From NCBI GenBank assembly GCA_965223325.1, contig CBDCWI010000002.1, forward strand, positions 1,792,001-1,856,000: a DNA stretch of 64,000 nucleotides, in the 5' to 3' direction. The notes beneath the pieces were generated by a model that saw nothing but the letters and a program-made list of their open reading frames with translations, was not told the DNA's origin and made no database searches. Within the stretch, counting starts at the first letter, position 1. Each line of letters opens with the position of its first letter. Positions 29,029 to 39,278 of this stretch are shown piece by piece. The DNA is from Candidatus Multivoradales bacterium (lineage in GTDB: Bacteria > Acidobacteriota > Thermoanaerobaculia > Multivoradales > Multivoraceae). Both the position numbers and the translations under genes were made by a program.

Positions 29029-30714
29029 ATGACTCGACAACCCCATCCTTGCACCACACTCGTTCGCTACCTCGGCCTGCTGGCTCTCGCTCTCGTTCTT
29101 CTGGGAGCCCCGGCAGGAATCCTCGCCCAGAGCGAGTCGGCCGAAGGGTCCACCACCGCTTCCGAGGAGAACGACGAGGAAAAACTGGTCCTGCCGGCGC
29201 CCGACCGACCGGCCGACGAAGGCGAAGGCCCCTTCGAGCGGTTGATTCTGCGCAACGGCATCATGGTCGACGGCACCGGTTCGCCGCCGCTGGGTCCAGT
29301 CGACATCGTCATCGAGGGCAACCACATCGCCGAGATCAAGAGCATTGGTGCGCCGAAGACCGAGATCGACGAAGAGAAGCGCCCCAAGGATGCAACCCGC
29401 GAGATCGATCTCGAAGGCGCCTGGGTTCTGCCGGGAATCGTCGACCTGCACGTGCATACCGGTGGTGTGCCAAAGGCGCCAGAGGCCGAGTACGTCTACA
29501 AGCTGTGGCTCGCCCACGGCATCACGACGGTGCGGGGCGTTCCCACCGGCAGCCTGGAGTGGGATATCTCCGAGAAGAAGCGCAGCGCTGCCAACGAGAT
29601 CACCGCGCCACGCATCGTTTCGTACCAGCGTGCCGGCGCCGGCAAGGAGTGGAAGGACCGCAACGTGAGAACGGCTGAAGACGCACGCGAGTGGGTGCGC
29701 TACGCCCATGAGAAAGGTGTCGACGGTCTGAAGCTCGGAGCCCATCGCCCCGAAGTCATGGAAGCGCTCCTCGACGAAGCTGCCAAGCACGGCATGGGAT
29801 CGACAGCTCATCTCGCCCAGATGGGCGTCGCGCAGATGAACGCGCTCGACGCCGCGCGCCTGGGTCTTGGCAGCATGACTCACTTCTACGGCCTGTTCGA
29901 GTCGATGTACGAGAACCACGACGTCCAGCCCTGGCCGGTCGACATGAACTACATGGACGAACAGAACCGCTTCGGCCAGGTCGCCCGTCAATGGAGCCTG
30001 GTGGAACCGCGCGGCGAAAAGTGGAACGCGCTCCTGGCGGAGTTCCTCGAGCTCGATTTCTACCTCAACCCGACAATGACGATCTACTCTGCGGGCCGCG
30101 ACGTCATGCGCGCCCGCAACGCCGACTGGCACGCCGACTACACCCTGCCGTCACTGGCTGAGTTCTACGCCCCGAGTCGCATCGATCACGGGTCGTACTG
30201 GTACGACTGGACTCTCCACGACGAAATCGCCTGGAAGAACTTCTACCGGGTCTGGGGCATGTTCCTCAACGACTACAAGAACATGGGCGGAAAGGTCACC
30301 GTCGGCTCCGACTCGGGCTTCATCTACCAGACCTACGGGTTCGGCACCATCCTCGAGCTCGAGCTCCTGCAAGAAGCCGGCTTTCACCCGCTCGAGGTCA
30401 TTCGCTCGGCCACCATGCACGGCGCGATGGAAATCAACAAGGTGAGCGGCGAACCCATCGAGACCGGCGTCCTCCGAGAAGGCCTGCTCGCCGACATGAT
30501 GATTGTCGACCAGAACCCGCTCGCCAATCTGAAGGTGCTCTACGGCACCGGCGCCGTGCGCCTCAACGACGACACCGGTCGCCCCGAGCGTGTCGGCGGC
30601 GTGCGCTACACCATCAAGGACGGGATCGTCTTCGACGCCAAGGAACTCCTCGCCGATGTCGCGGCGATGGTGCGCGCCGCAGAGCCTGGCGAGGCCGCAA
30701 CCACAACCCCCTGA
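29029..30714 (+). CDS. Secreted amidohydrolase family protein
   Basis: Signal peptide; PGIVDLHVH, GSDSGFIY, EAGFHPLEVIRSAT, LADMMIV..NPL. Confidence 0.9.
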   Translation: MTRQPHPCTTLVRYLGLLALALVLLGAPAGILAQSESAEGSTTASEENDEEKLVLPAPDRPADEGEGPFERLILRNGIMVDGTGSPPLGPVDIVIEGNHIAEIKSIGAPKTEIDEEKRPKDATREIDLEGAWVLPGIVDLHVHTGGVPKAPEAEYVYKLWLAHGITTVRGVPTGSLEWDISEKKRSAANEITAPRIVSYQRAGAGKEWKDRNVRTAEDAREWVRYAHEKGVDGLKLGAHRPEVMEALLDEAAKHGMGSTAHLAQMGVAQMNALDAARLGLGSMTHFYGLFESMYENHDVQPWPVDMNYMDEQNRFGQVARQWSLVEPRGEKWNALLAEFLELDFYLNPTMTIYSAGRDVMRARNADWHADYTLPSLAEFYAPSRIDHGSYWYDWTLHDEIAWKNFYRVWGMFLNDYKNMGGKVTVGSDSGFIYQTYGFGTILELELLQEAGFHPLEVIRSATMHGAMEINKVSGEPIETGVLREGLLADMMIVDQNPLANLKVLYGTGAVRLNDDTGRPERVGGVRYTIKDGIVFDAKELLADVAAMVRAAEPGEAATTTP

Positions 30715-30720
30715 CCGCCA

Positions 30721-30776
30721 TTCGAGCGGGTCAGTTCGAGCGGGCCAGGGCGAGCGGATCAGTTCGAGGCGGTCAG
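30721..30776. repeat. 14-bp degenerate tandem repeat x4
   Basis: TTCGAGCGGGTCAG/TTCGAGCGGGCCAG/GGCGAGCGGATCAG/TTCGAGGCGGTCAG; the last unit contains the cupin stop codon. Confidence 0.75.
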
Positions 30777-31225
30777 AGCGGCGGCCCGAGGATCTCCATG
30801 CCGTGTGCTTCGGCGATCTCCGCGATCCGTGGCATGTCGCCCGGTGGCTCCAGAGCTTCGGCCTCGATGGTTTCGAAGAAGCCTTCCACGCCGCCGGGGG
30901 TACACGAGATGAGAAGCCTGGCGTTCGCAGACCCCTCGTTCTTGAACGCGTGCGGCGAGCCGGGCGGGATGACGATCACGCCGCCCTCGCCGAGAACCGT
31001 CTCCTCGTCGTCACAGCGAAAGCGGACCGTGCCCTCCAGCACCACGAACGTTTCATGTTCTCGGCGATGGACATGGAGCGGCGGACCAGCGCCAGGAGGA
31101 ACCTCCTCTTCGAACACCGTGAGAGCTCCGCCGGTGTCTTGGGTGCGCACCAGGAAGCGCCTTGGGAGGCCGAAGGCCCGGTTGATGCTGCCCTCGCCAG
31201 GGCGACGAATGATGGCTGGAGCCAT
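30773..31225 (-). CDS. Cupin domain protein
   Basis: GPPLHVHRREHETFVVLEG, IPPGSPHAFKN; GAGGAG RBS before ATG 31225. Confidence 0.9.
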   Translation of the reverse strand: MAPAIIRRPGEGSINRAFGLPRRFLVRTQDTGGALTVFEEEVPPGAGPPLHVHRREHETFVVLEGTVRFRCDDEETVLGEGGVIVIPPGSPHAFKNEGSANARLLISCTPGGVEGFFETIEAEALEPPGDMPRIAEIAEAHGMEILGPPL

Positions 31226-31341
31226 GACCGCTCTCTCCTCTGCTGTGAATCCCTCTGGAAACCAGACGACTCGCTGCACCCCATCAAAGCCCAGGAGGCC
31301 TGTCAACATCACCGGAGCCTAGCGCCGGCCCGGTCCCTATT

Positions 31342-31710
31342 TCACCGCGACTTCAACCACGCCCCCAGCACGTTCCCCGGCAAGAGGCAGATCAAGAACG
31401 CCAGGTGATACCAGAGGGGCATCTGATCCCAGACCTGCATTTGGACGAAGATGCCCACCGCCGTTTGGATGACACCGAGCGCTATGCCATGCGGCACTCC
31501 GTTCTTTCGGGCGACCGAGGCGGTCACCCACCCGGCAATGACCGAGAACACCACCGACAAGAGAAACACCAGGCCGAGGACCATCGGGTCGCGGGTCGTC
31601 ATGTCTTCGGCGAACCGGTCGGCAAAGACACGAACGAGGATCTGGTTGCTAGTCAGCCAAAGGACTGTCCAGGACGCGAAGCCAGCGAGGACAGCGAGAA
31701 CGCTGCGCAT
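31342..31710 (-). CDS. Small four-TM membrane protein
   Basis: MRSVLAVLAGF..., PLWYH; hydrophobic segments; last gene of the ArsR-SRPBCC operon. Confidence 0.75.
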   Translation of the reverse strand: MRSVLAVLAGFASWTVLWLTSNQILVRVFADRFAEDMTTRDPMVLGLVFLLSVVFSVIAGWVTASVARKNGVPHGIALGVIQTAVGIFVQMQVWDQMPLWYHLAFLICLLPGNVLGAWLKSR

Positions 31711-31714
31711 GGCC

Positions 31715-32245
31715 TCAGGCGCTCCTCGGCACATCGATCGGCCAGCGTTCGGACAACGTCTCTTTCGGACTGAACGGCGCAAGGACCTTGAAGAGCACGA
31801 ACAGCATGCGTGCTCCGAAAGTGGGCTTGCCGGTTTCGACGATCGCCTTCAGGTTGTTGACTATGAAGGAGCCACCCTGCGCCATTTGTTTGGCTGTCTT
31901 GGTGCCGGCAGGAACCTTGCGCGTGGTGAGCTTGAGTTCGACGCCGTCATCGGTTTGTTTCATGTCGTAGATGACCTCACACTCCGGGTCCTCATAGTTG
32001 GTGAAACGGAAGGTGTGCGAAAGCCGAAGCGGCCGGTTGACCTCCAGATACTCCCCCACGACCGCGGTGTAGCGCCCATCGGGGGAGCGCATGCGCAGTT
32101 GCCCACCAGGCTCGATGCCGTCGGTGTGCAGGCGGTTGTTGAACATCGCCCGTTGCAGACCATCGGTGCGGGTGAGCTCTTGCCACACGTCGTCGAGCGA
32201 CGCTTTGATGTGAACCTTGTAGACCGCGTCTTCTTCATACTTCAT
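31715..32245 (-). CDS. SRPBCC/Aha1-like domain protein
   Basis: VHIKASLDDVWQELT, GEYLEVNRPLRLSHTF, NNLKAIVETG. Confidence 0.85.
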   Translation of the reverse strand: MKYEEDAVYKVHIKASLDDVWQELTRTDGLQRAMFNNRLHTDGIEPGGQLRMRSPDGRYTAVVGEYLEVNRPLRLSHTFRFTNYEDPECEVIYDMKQTDDGVELKLTTRKVPAGTKTAKQMAQGGSFIVNNLKAIVETGKPTFGARMLFVLFKVLAPFSPKETLSERWPIDVPRSA

Positions 32246-32576
32246 CGTCTTTCTCCTTGTTCTCCAGTCGATACTTGAGACTTGTCAGGCGACCCGCCCA
32301 GAGAGCGCTGTACTCGGTGGTCCAGCGGTCGTGGATCTGTTGGATGGGCACGACGTTGAAATAGAGGCAGCGCCTACGCCCCTCCTTTTCGCTCAACACC
32401 AGATCGGCTTCCTCGAGCACCTTGAGGTGCTTCATCACGCCAATGCGGCTCATCTCGAAGCCGTCTGCGACTTCCTGCACCGTCGCTCCGGGGCTCGACT
32501 TGATGAGGTCGAGGATCTGGCGACGCACGGGATGCGCGAGGGCTTTGAACGTCTTGTCCATCGGGTCGGGACTCAT
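32235..32576 (-). CDS. ArsR/SmtB family transcriptional regulator
   Basis: FKALAHPVRRQIL, MSRIGVMKHLKVLEEADLV, GRRRCLYFNVVPIQQIHDRW. Confidence 0.92.
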   Translation of the reverse strand: MSPDPMDKTFKALAHPVRRQILDLIKSSPGATVQEVADGFEMSRIGVMKHLKVLEEADLVLSEKEGRRRCLYFNVVPIQQIHDRWTTEYSALWAGRLTSLKYRLENKEKDDEV

Positions 32577-32603
32577 CGAGTCCTCCTCGAGGCAACTTCT
32601 AAT

Positions 32604-32619
32604 GTAACTAAATAGTTAC
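32604..32619. promoter_or_regulatory. ArsR operator palindrome
   Basis: Perfect 7-2-7 GTAACTA-AA-TAGTTAC upstream of arsR; minus-strand TTGACA at 32641-32636. Confidence 0.75.
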
Positions 32620-32767
32620 CTATTCGACGCAACCCTGTCAAGCCCGTTGCGAAAAAAAGTTGCAACGACCGAGTCAGGGCGCGCCGGCCCACGGCGGCAC
32701 GCCCCAGGATGGAGACCTACCTCGAACCCAGCCCGAGGCGATCGCAGCCGGCCCGACTCCTACGACT

Positions 32768-33448
32768 TCAGGAGTGCGCCTTCTTCAGAAGCTCAGGAAA
32801 CTTCGCCTGGAACTTCTTGAGCCGCGGAATCGAAACGTTCCGCACGTAGGGATTGTTGGGATTGAGACGCTCGTAGTCCTGGTGGTATTCCTCGGCGCGC
32901 CAGAACTTCTCAATCAACTGGATCTCAGCCGCGATCGGTTGGTCGTACTTGCCCGACGCAGCAAGGTCGGCCTTCTTCTTCTCGGCGATCGCCTTCTCAT
33001 CGTCGTTAGCGTAGAAAAGAACGGAGCGATACTGCTTGCCGAGATCCGGCCCCTGACCGTTCACCTGTGTGACATTGTGCGAGCCGAAGAAGACATCGAC
33101 CAGAGTGGCGTAGGAAACCACCTCGGGATCGTAGTAGACCTTCACCGCTTCGGCATGATCCGTCTGGCCGCGCCCGACCTGCTCGTAGGTCGGGTTCTCT
33201 TGTTGGCCGCCGGCGTAGCCCGAAACCGCTTCAAAGACCCCTTCGACGCTCTCGTAGATGGCCTCCACGCACCAGAAACAACCCGAGGCAAAGTAGGCAA
33301 CGGCAGCGTCTTCAGGAACCGGCATCTTCTCGGCAGCGACGACCGGAGCTGAGGCCCCCGACGGCCCCAAAACCAATGCCGCGAGGCCAAGGAAGGCAAG
33401 CGCGAGCAGCGCAACGGTGAACAGAGAGCGTGTGTGGCTGGATGACAT
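32768..33448 (-). CDS. msrA: Exported peptide-methionine (S)-S-oxide reductase
   Basis: GCFWC, SGYAGG...NPTYEQV, HAEAV, QYRS, AEEYHQDY; signal peptide. Confidence 0.95.
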   Translation of the reverse strand: MSSSHTRSLFTVALLALAFLGLAALVLGPSGASAPVVAAEKMPVPEDAAVAYFASGCFWCVEAIYESVEGVFEAVSGYAGGQQENPTYEQVGRGQTDHAEAVKVYYDPEVVSYATLVDVFFGSHNVTQVNGQGPDLGKQYRSVLFYANDDEKAIAEKKKADLAASGKYDQPIAAEIQLIEKFWRAEEYHQDYERLNPNNPYVRNVSIPRLKKFQAKFPELLKKAHS

Positions 33449-33617
33449 GGCGGATCCCCCGCGGTCGTTTTCGTTTCTTCGGCACTACTTTTTCATACGC
33501 AGCTGGGCACGACCGCGGATCACCCGCTGTCGGAAAACTTTGTCGGGCTCCGGCGGTGTTCGGCAGTGCTACCTTGGCGTGGCCAACCACAACCGCAAAG
33601 AGACCTCGGAGATTCCC

Positions 33618-34238
33618 ATGTCGCCAACCGTCGAGTTCCACTTCGACTTCGGAAGCCCCAACGCCTACCTCTCCCACCTGGTGATTCCCGGCATCGAAGA
33701 GCGGACTGGTGTGTCCTTCGACTACATCCCCATCCTGCTCGGGGGTGTCTTCAAGGCAACCAACAATGTCTCCCCGGCCGTCGCCTTCGCCGGCATCAAG
33801 AACAAGCGCGAGTACCAGCAGCTCGAGACCGAGCGCTTCATCGCGGCGCACGGGATTACGGCCTTCGCGATGAACCCGCACTTCCCGGTCAACACCCTGA
33901 TGCTCATGCGCGGCGCGATCGTCGCCCAACGCGACGGCTACATGAAGCGCTTCGTCGATGAGATGTATCACCACATGTGGGCCGAGCCCAAGAAAATGGA
34001 CGACCCCGAAGTCGTCATGGCGGCCCTCGTGGAGTCCGACCTGCCAGCCGAGGCGATCGCTGCCGGCGTCCAGGACCCGGGGGTCAAGCAGCAGCTCATC
34101 AGCAACACCGAAGCGTCGGTGGCTCGCGGAGTCTTCGGCAGCCCGAGCTTCTTCGTCGATGATCAGCTCTACTTCGGAAAGGACCGTCTGCGCGACGTCG
34201 AAGAAGCGATCGTCGCGGCACGTCACGACGGCGCGTGA
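33618..34238 (+). CDS. 2-hydroxychromene-2-carboxylate isomerase / kappa-class GST (DsbA-like)
   Basis: FHFDFGSPNAYL, PILLGGVFK, NPHFPVNT, RGVFGSPSFFV, FGKDRL; GGAG RBS. Confidence 0.9.
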   Translation: MSPTVEFHFDFGSPNAYLSHLVIPGIEERTGVSFDYIPILLGGVFKATNNVSPAVAFAGIKNKREYQQLETERFIAAHGITAFAMNPHFPVNTLMLMRGAIVAQRDGYMKRFVDEMYHHMWAEPKKMDDPEVVMAALVESDLPAEAIAAGVQDPGVKQQLISNTEASVARGVFGSPSFFVDDQLYFGKDRLRDVEEAIVAARHDGA

Positions 34239-34539
34239 CCTGCGGCAGGGATGCCATGCGTTGGTGCGGGGGCTGGATGGCGCGTGGTGCGCCACCCAGC
34301 TCGGAGTGAAGGCTGTGGCAGGAAGGGTGGAAGGGTTCTGGTTGGAAGGTGGAGGGAAGCGGCGGCCGAATAGCCACCTGTCTTTCTCCACGCAAGAACC
34401 CGAACCAACCCGCCAGGTTTCACCAGCGGAACCACCGATCCGCAGACGAGAACCACCCGAGCGCATTCGCCACAACCACATCGGGAACAAAGCTCCCTTC
34501 GAGCGATTGATTCGGGTGCAACCTCCCCTCTAACCCAGC

Positions 34540-35172
34540 GTGAGACTCCCCATGCCGCTGGCCTCGAGCGACCGCAAGCTCCGCCGACGTCTTCTCGACG
34601 GCGACGAAACCGCCTTCGATGAACTCTTCCGCGACCTGGTGCCGCGGCTCTATCGCATCGTCCTGACACGCGTCGACGGGCGCAGCGATCTCGCCGAAGA
34701 CCTGGTACAACGCACTCTCTTCCTCGGCATGAGGAAGCTGCACACATACCGCGGTGAAGCGCGCCTTTTAACCTGGTTCGCCACCATTGCCATCCGTGAA
34801 GCGGGGCACGCAGCCCGCGCCGAGGGACGGCGGGCAGAAACTGTCTCGATCACCGAGTCGCCCGAGATTCGTTCAGCCCTCGAGTTGCTCGAATCTCAAG
34901 AGGCCTCACCGGAACAAACGGCGCAACAACGAGAGGTCAAGCGCCTGGTGCGAGAGGTCCTGGCACGCCTCCCGGAACGCTACGCCCGAACGCTCGAACT
35001 CAAGTATCTCGAAGAACGGACGGTCAAGGAGATCGCCGAGCACCTGGGAACCGGAACGGTGGCTGTGCAGTCCGTCCTGGCCCGCGCGCGAGAAGCATTC
35101 CGAACAAGCTTCGAACAGATTGCCGCCGATGCGGCCCTGGGCGGTGCACCGCCCGCAGGAGGCGCATCTTGA
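34540..35172 (+). CDS. ECF sigma-70 factor
   Basis: GDETAFDEL, AEDLVQ, TYRGEARLLTW region 2; LPERY..LKYLEERTVKEIA..LARAR region 4. Confidence 0.92.
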   Translation: MRLPMPLASSDRKLRRRLLDGDETAFDELFRDLVPRLYRIVLTRVDGRSDLAEDLVQRTLFLGMRKLHTYRGEARLLTWFATIAIREAGHAARAEGRRAETVSITESPEIRSALELLESQEASPEQTAQQREVKRLVREVLARLPERYARTLELKYLEERTVKEIAEHLGTGTVAVQSVLARAREAFRTSFEQIAADAALGGAPPAGGAS

Positions 35173-36233
35173 AGGACGACCGCAACGACAGCCCGGCGGA
35201 GCGACCAGACGCTGACCCGGTGGCACGTCTTGTCCGCCTGGCGAGCCTCGATGGTGCGCTCTCTGAGGACGCCAGAGAACGACTGCGCGAGACGACCCGA
35301 CCGCACTGGCAGCGAGCGGTCGCGCGCCAACGAAGGCGCTCGCAGCTCGCCAGGCCCGGTGCGGTTCGACTCATTGCCGCCGCCGGAGTGGCCGCCCTTC
35401 TTGTGGGCGGATTGCTTCTCGCGAGCTCGCACTGGGCGGACGCGGTGTTTGTGCGACCCATCGCCCGGGTGGTCGCGATCGATCGCGGAAACGGCATCGA
35501 AGCGGCACCGCGCCTGATCAGAACGTCGGAGAGCATCGCGACCCAAGACCAACGATGGGTGCTCGAGCTGCTTGGAGAGGGAGTCGCCGGTACGTCCGTG
35601 CGCCTCGACCGAGAGACCGAACTCTTCTTTCGAAGAGACGGCGGCATGCAGCTTCTACGAGGTGCGATCTATGTCGATACTCGAGGCCCGCTCGACCGCG
35701 CCATCTCGGTCTACACGCCACACATCCGCGCGGTGGACGTCGGCACGCAGTTCGAAGTGCGGCTGGTCGAGGAGAAAAACCAACGCGACGAAGAAGTGTA
35801 TGTGCGCAAAGGAGCGGTCGAAGTCACCCTTCTCGACCCTGCCACCGACGAGACAGGCCCGGCCTGGGCGGTATTTACAGGCGAACGCCTCGAGCTGCCC
35901 GCGGGGACCGAACAGCCGCTGATCGACGTCATCGCGGCTTCAGCGAGTCGTTGGTCCTGGGTGAGCGACCTGGCAAGCGCGCGCTCCTTCGATGGCCGAC
36001 CGCTCAGGGAGTTGGTCGCCTGGTCGGCACATGAACTGGGGCTCGAGGTCCACACCGAGGATGGCGAAGCGGCGAAAGCGGTTCAGGAAGCCACGGTCTT
36101 TGGCGACGTCTTGGGGCTGCGCCCGAAAGAGGCACTCGATACGGCCCTCGCGGTCTCGGGCCTCTTCGCCACCGTCGACGACGGGACCCTCCTAATCAGA
36201 GCGCGCGGCAAGCAAGGAGGCGTGTCGCCTTGA
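35169..36233 (+). CDS. FecR-like anti-sigma/signal transducer
   Basis: Single TM; SVRLDRETEL, LLRGAIYVD, DVGTQFEVR, VRKGAVEV; C-terminal FDGRPLRELV. Confidence 0.88.
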   Translation: MKDDRNDSPAERPDADPVARLVRLASLDGALSEDARERLRETTRPHWQRAVARQRRRSQLARPGAVRLIAAAGVAALLVGGLLLASSHWADAVFVRPIARVVAIDRGNGIEAAPRLIRTSESIATQDQRWVLELLGEGVAGTSVRLDRETELFFRRDGGMQLLRGAIYVDTRGPLDRAISVYTPHIRAVDVGTQFEVRLVEEKNQRDEEVYVRKGAVEVTLLDPATDETGPAWAVFTGERLELPAGTEQPLIDVIAASASRWSWVSDLASARSFDGRPLRELVAWSAHELGLEVHTEDGEAAKAVQEATVFGDVLGLRPKEALDTALAVSGLFATVDDGTLLIRARGKQGGVSP

Positions 36234-38866
36234 ACTTTCCTCCGGCGAGTCGCTTCAGCTGGCACACCAAGTCGTTCGTCATCTCATGCTTCGCGTTGCT
36301 CACGCTGGCAGGCGCCACCCCAAGCCAAGAACGGAGCCGGGAGCAGGGCTACCAGGGTCGACCTGTCCGGGCGGTCCTCGAGGAGTTGCGCGATCGCGGC
36401 GTGCCGCTGGTCTGGAGCAGCTCGGTCGTAGGCAACGATCTCGCCGTCATCGACGAGCCCACGGCGGAACGACCCCTACGCGCTCTCCGGCAGATGCTCA
36501 GAAGCCACGGCTTGACGCTCGAGAAGGGCGCCCGCCAGATCTGGATGGTGGTACCGCTCGAACGAGAGGCTCGAAGCGACGGCCTGGTTCAACTCACGGG
36601 CGTCGTCGTCGACAGCGCGGGCGAGCCCGCTTCCGGCGTTCGCGTCCTACTGCCCGATCACAACCTCGAAGAAACCACCGATCAGGAAGGACGCTTCGCC
36701 TTCACTCCCCTGCCTCCAGGCCAAGCACGCCTGGAGGTGCTCACCGCCGCCGCGGGAGCACCGCAGGTCGTAGCCTCCGAAGAGTTGCTCCTCGAGACTC
36801 CCCGTGAAGGATCAGCCCAGGAGACTCCCCATGAAGTCTCCCTGGTGGTACGCGTTGAACAGGGGCCGATGGCCATCGACTCGATCGACGTCGTGTCGCG
36901 CATTTCGCTCCTCGAAGACACTCCGGTAACCGGCGTGTCACTCGATGAGGAGGCCATCGACGCCTTGCCCCACTTTGGTGACGACCTGCTACGTGCGGCC
37001 AAGGCCCTACCCGGAGTGGCCTCGGGCGACCTGACCGCCGACTTCCAGGTGCGCGGTGGCCTCGCCGACGAGGTCCTCTATCGCCTCGATGGGTTGGAAC
37101 TCTATGAGCCCTTCCACCTGCGCGACGTCAACGGCCTCTTCAGCCTCTTCGACCCGCAGATCATGGCCGGGGTCGAACTGATCCCCGGAAACTTCCCGGC
37201 CGAGTTCGGCGACCGCTCCGCCGGAGTACTCGACATGACGACAACCATCGAAGAGGCAACCAGGGGCAATGCCGGAGTGAGCTTCTCGAACCTGTGGCTC
37301 GGCGGCGGCGGTTCGTTCGACGAAGAGCGCGGACACTGGCTGGCCTCGGCGCGGCGCGGCTATCTGGACCTGGTGCTCGACCTCGCCGGCGAAGACGACG
37401 ACGACGACAACCCCGACCCAGAGTACTGGGACGCCTTCGGCAAACTCGACTACCAGGTGAGCGAGCGCAATCGCGTCGCCTTCCAGACCTTGATCGCCGA
37501 GGATCGCCTGGAGCTAACAACCGACGAGCCCGACGAGATCCTCGACTTCGAGACCACCTTCGTCGATCGCTACGCGTGGATACGCCATCAGGGAACCACG
37601 GGCAAGCGCGTCTCCGCCGACACGGTGTTCTCGGTCGCCCAGATCGACCACGACCGCTTCACTCTCTTTCGCGACTTTCGCCGCCGCGACATGCGGCTCG
37701 AAGAGTCATTCGATCTCGACGATGATCGTCGCGTCGACCTGGTGGGCCTGCGCCAGGATTGGCATCTCCAGCTGGCCGCCGAAAGGCCCTTCTCGCACCT
37801 GCTCAAGTTCGGGGCTGAGCTCCGTGCTTTCGACGTCTTCTTCGACTACGCCGCCACCGCGGTTCTCGAAGACCCGATCAACGACCCGCGTTTCAGTGCG
37901 GGTCTGGTTGTGCCCCAGGCAATCGAATCCTTCGACGGTGAGCACTGGTCGGTGTACGCGAGCGACAGGTTCCGCGTAGGCCCGCGCCTGGTCGTAGAAG
38001 CCGGAGTGCGCTACGACGAACAAACCCTCACCGACTCCGACCAGGTCAGCCCGCGGCTTCATCTCCTCTTGCCAATGGGCCGCACCGGAACCCTGCGCGC
38101 CGCCTGGGGCCACTACTTCCAATCCCAGAAGCCCCACGAACTCGAAGTGCAATTCGGCGAGACCGCGTTCCAGAGAGCCCAACGCGATGTGCACTGGAGT
38201 CTCGGCTGGGAGCACTACAACACGCGCTTCGGCACCCTGCGCGTAGAGGCCTACAGGCGCGAAAACGATCGGCCGCTGCGCCGCTACGAAACCGTCTTCG
38301 ACGCCTTCCGACCGCTGCCGCAAATCGCACCGGGCCTGACGCTCATTGCGCCCCAGCGCTCGGAGAGCGAAGGCCTCGAGATCTACCTCGCCGGCCGCAG
38401 CGACCGTCCGCTCACCTGGTTCGCTTCCTTCGGCCTCGCCGAAACTGTCGATGTGCTCCCGGATGGCACGCGTCAACCGCGCTTCTTCGACCAGGAGAAC
38501 AGCCTGACAGCAGCGCTCTTCTGGCGGCCCGGCCTGCGCTGGACCTTCGCAACCGTCCTCCGCTACCACTCGGGCTGGCCCACCACCGCCATCTCGGCCA
38601 CCGTCGACCGCAACGACGACCCACGCCAGCTCAACTACGAGATTGGGCCGTTCTACGCCGAAGACCTCGCCGACTACGCAAGCGTTGACGTACGCATCAA
38701 GAGAACGTCACTTCGAAAGCGCGGCGCTTTCTCGATCTTCCTCGACGTCCAGAACCTCCTCGACCGCGAGAACCGCCGCGGACACGACCTTGAAGACTTC
38801 CGTTTCGTCGACTGCCAGGCCGACGGCATCTGCGCGGTGGAGTTTCGGGAGACCGACTGGTTGGGG
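36230..38866 (+). pseudogene. TonB-dependent receptor/transducer interrupted by an IS near its C-terminus (5' part)
   Basis: N-terminal signalling-like domain, carboxypeptidase-regulatory domain, plug (LPGVAS..VRGG..LDGLELYEPFH..FPAEFGDRSAGVL), barrel. Native frame ends ETDWLG at 38866; the rest of the 933-aa ORF is IS read-through. Confidence 0.88.
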
Positions 38867-38930
38867 CATCTGTCGGCCTGGGTTTTCGTTGGACACATGA
38901 CCCGAGCTAAGTTCGGGTTGGAGGTGTCGA

Positions 38931-39278
38931 ATGTCGAAGACGAAACGAAGAGCTCCGAAGACGAAGGGCCGTTGGTCCGCAAAGCGCAAGGCCTCTGTGG
39001 TCCTGCGTCTTCTTCGCGGCGAGTCGCTTGACGAGGTGTCGCGCGAGACCGGCCTGACGGTGGCTCGTCTGAGCGAGTGGCGCGAGTCCTTCCTGAGCGC
39101 AGGTGAGGAGGGCTTGAAAGCCCGTACCGAGGATCCGGTGGTCGAGTCTCTTGTCGAGGACAAGCGGCGGCTGCAGGCGAAGATCGGTGAACTGACGATG
39201 GATCAGGAGCTTCTGTTCGAGAAGATCCATCGCTTGGAGGGCGAGAAGCCTTTTCTTGGATGGAGGTCGAGGAAGTGA
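38931..39278 (+). CDS. IS3-family transposase OrfA (HTH)
   Basis: RWSAKRKASVVLRLLRGESLDEVSRE..LSEWRESFL..LQAKIGELTMDQELL. Confidence 0.88.
   Translation: MSKTKRRAPKTKGRWSAKRKASVVLRLLRGESLDEVSRETGLTVARLSEWRESFLSAGEEGLKARTEDPVVESLVEDKRRLQAKIGELTMDQELLFEKIHRLEGEKPFLGWRSRK

Noticed and set aside
38867-39031. C-terminal extension of the 933-aa TonB receptor ORF as a novel domain
   Set aside because: It is read-through into the IS left end.
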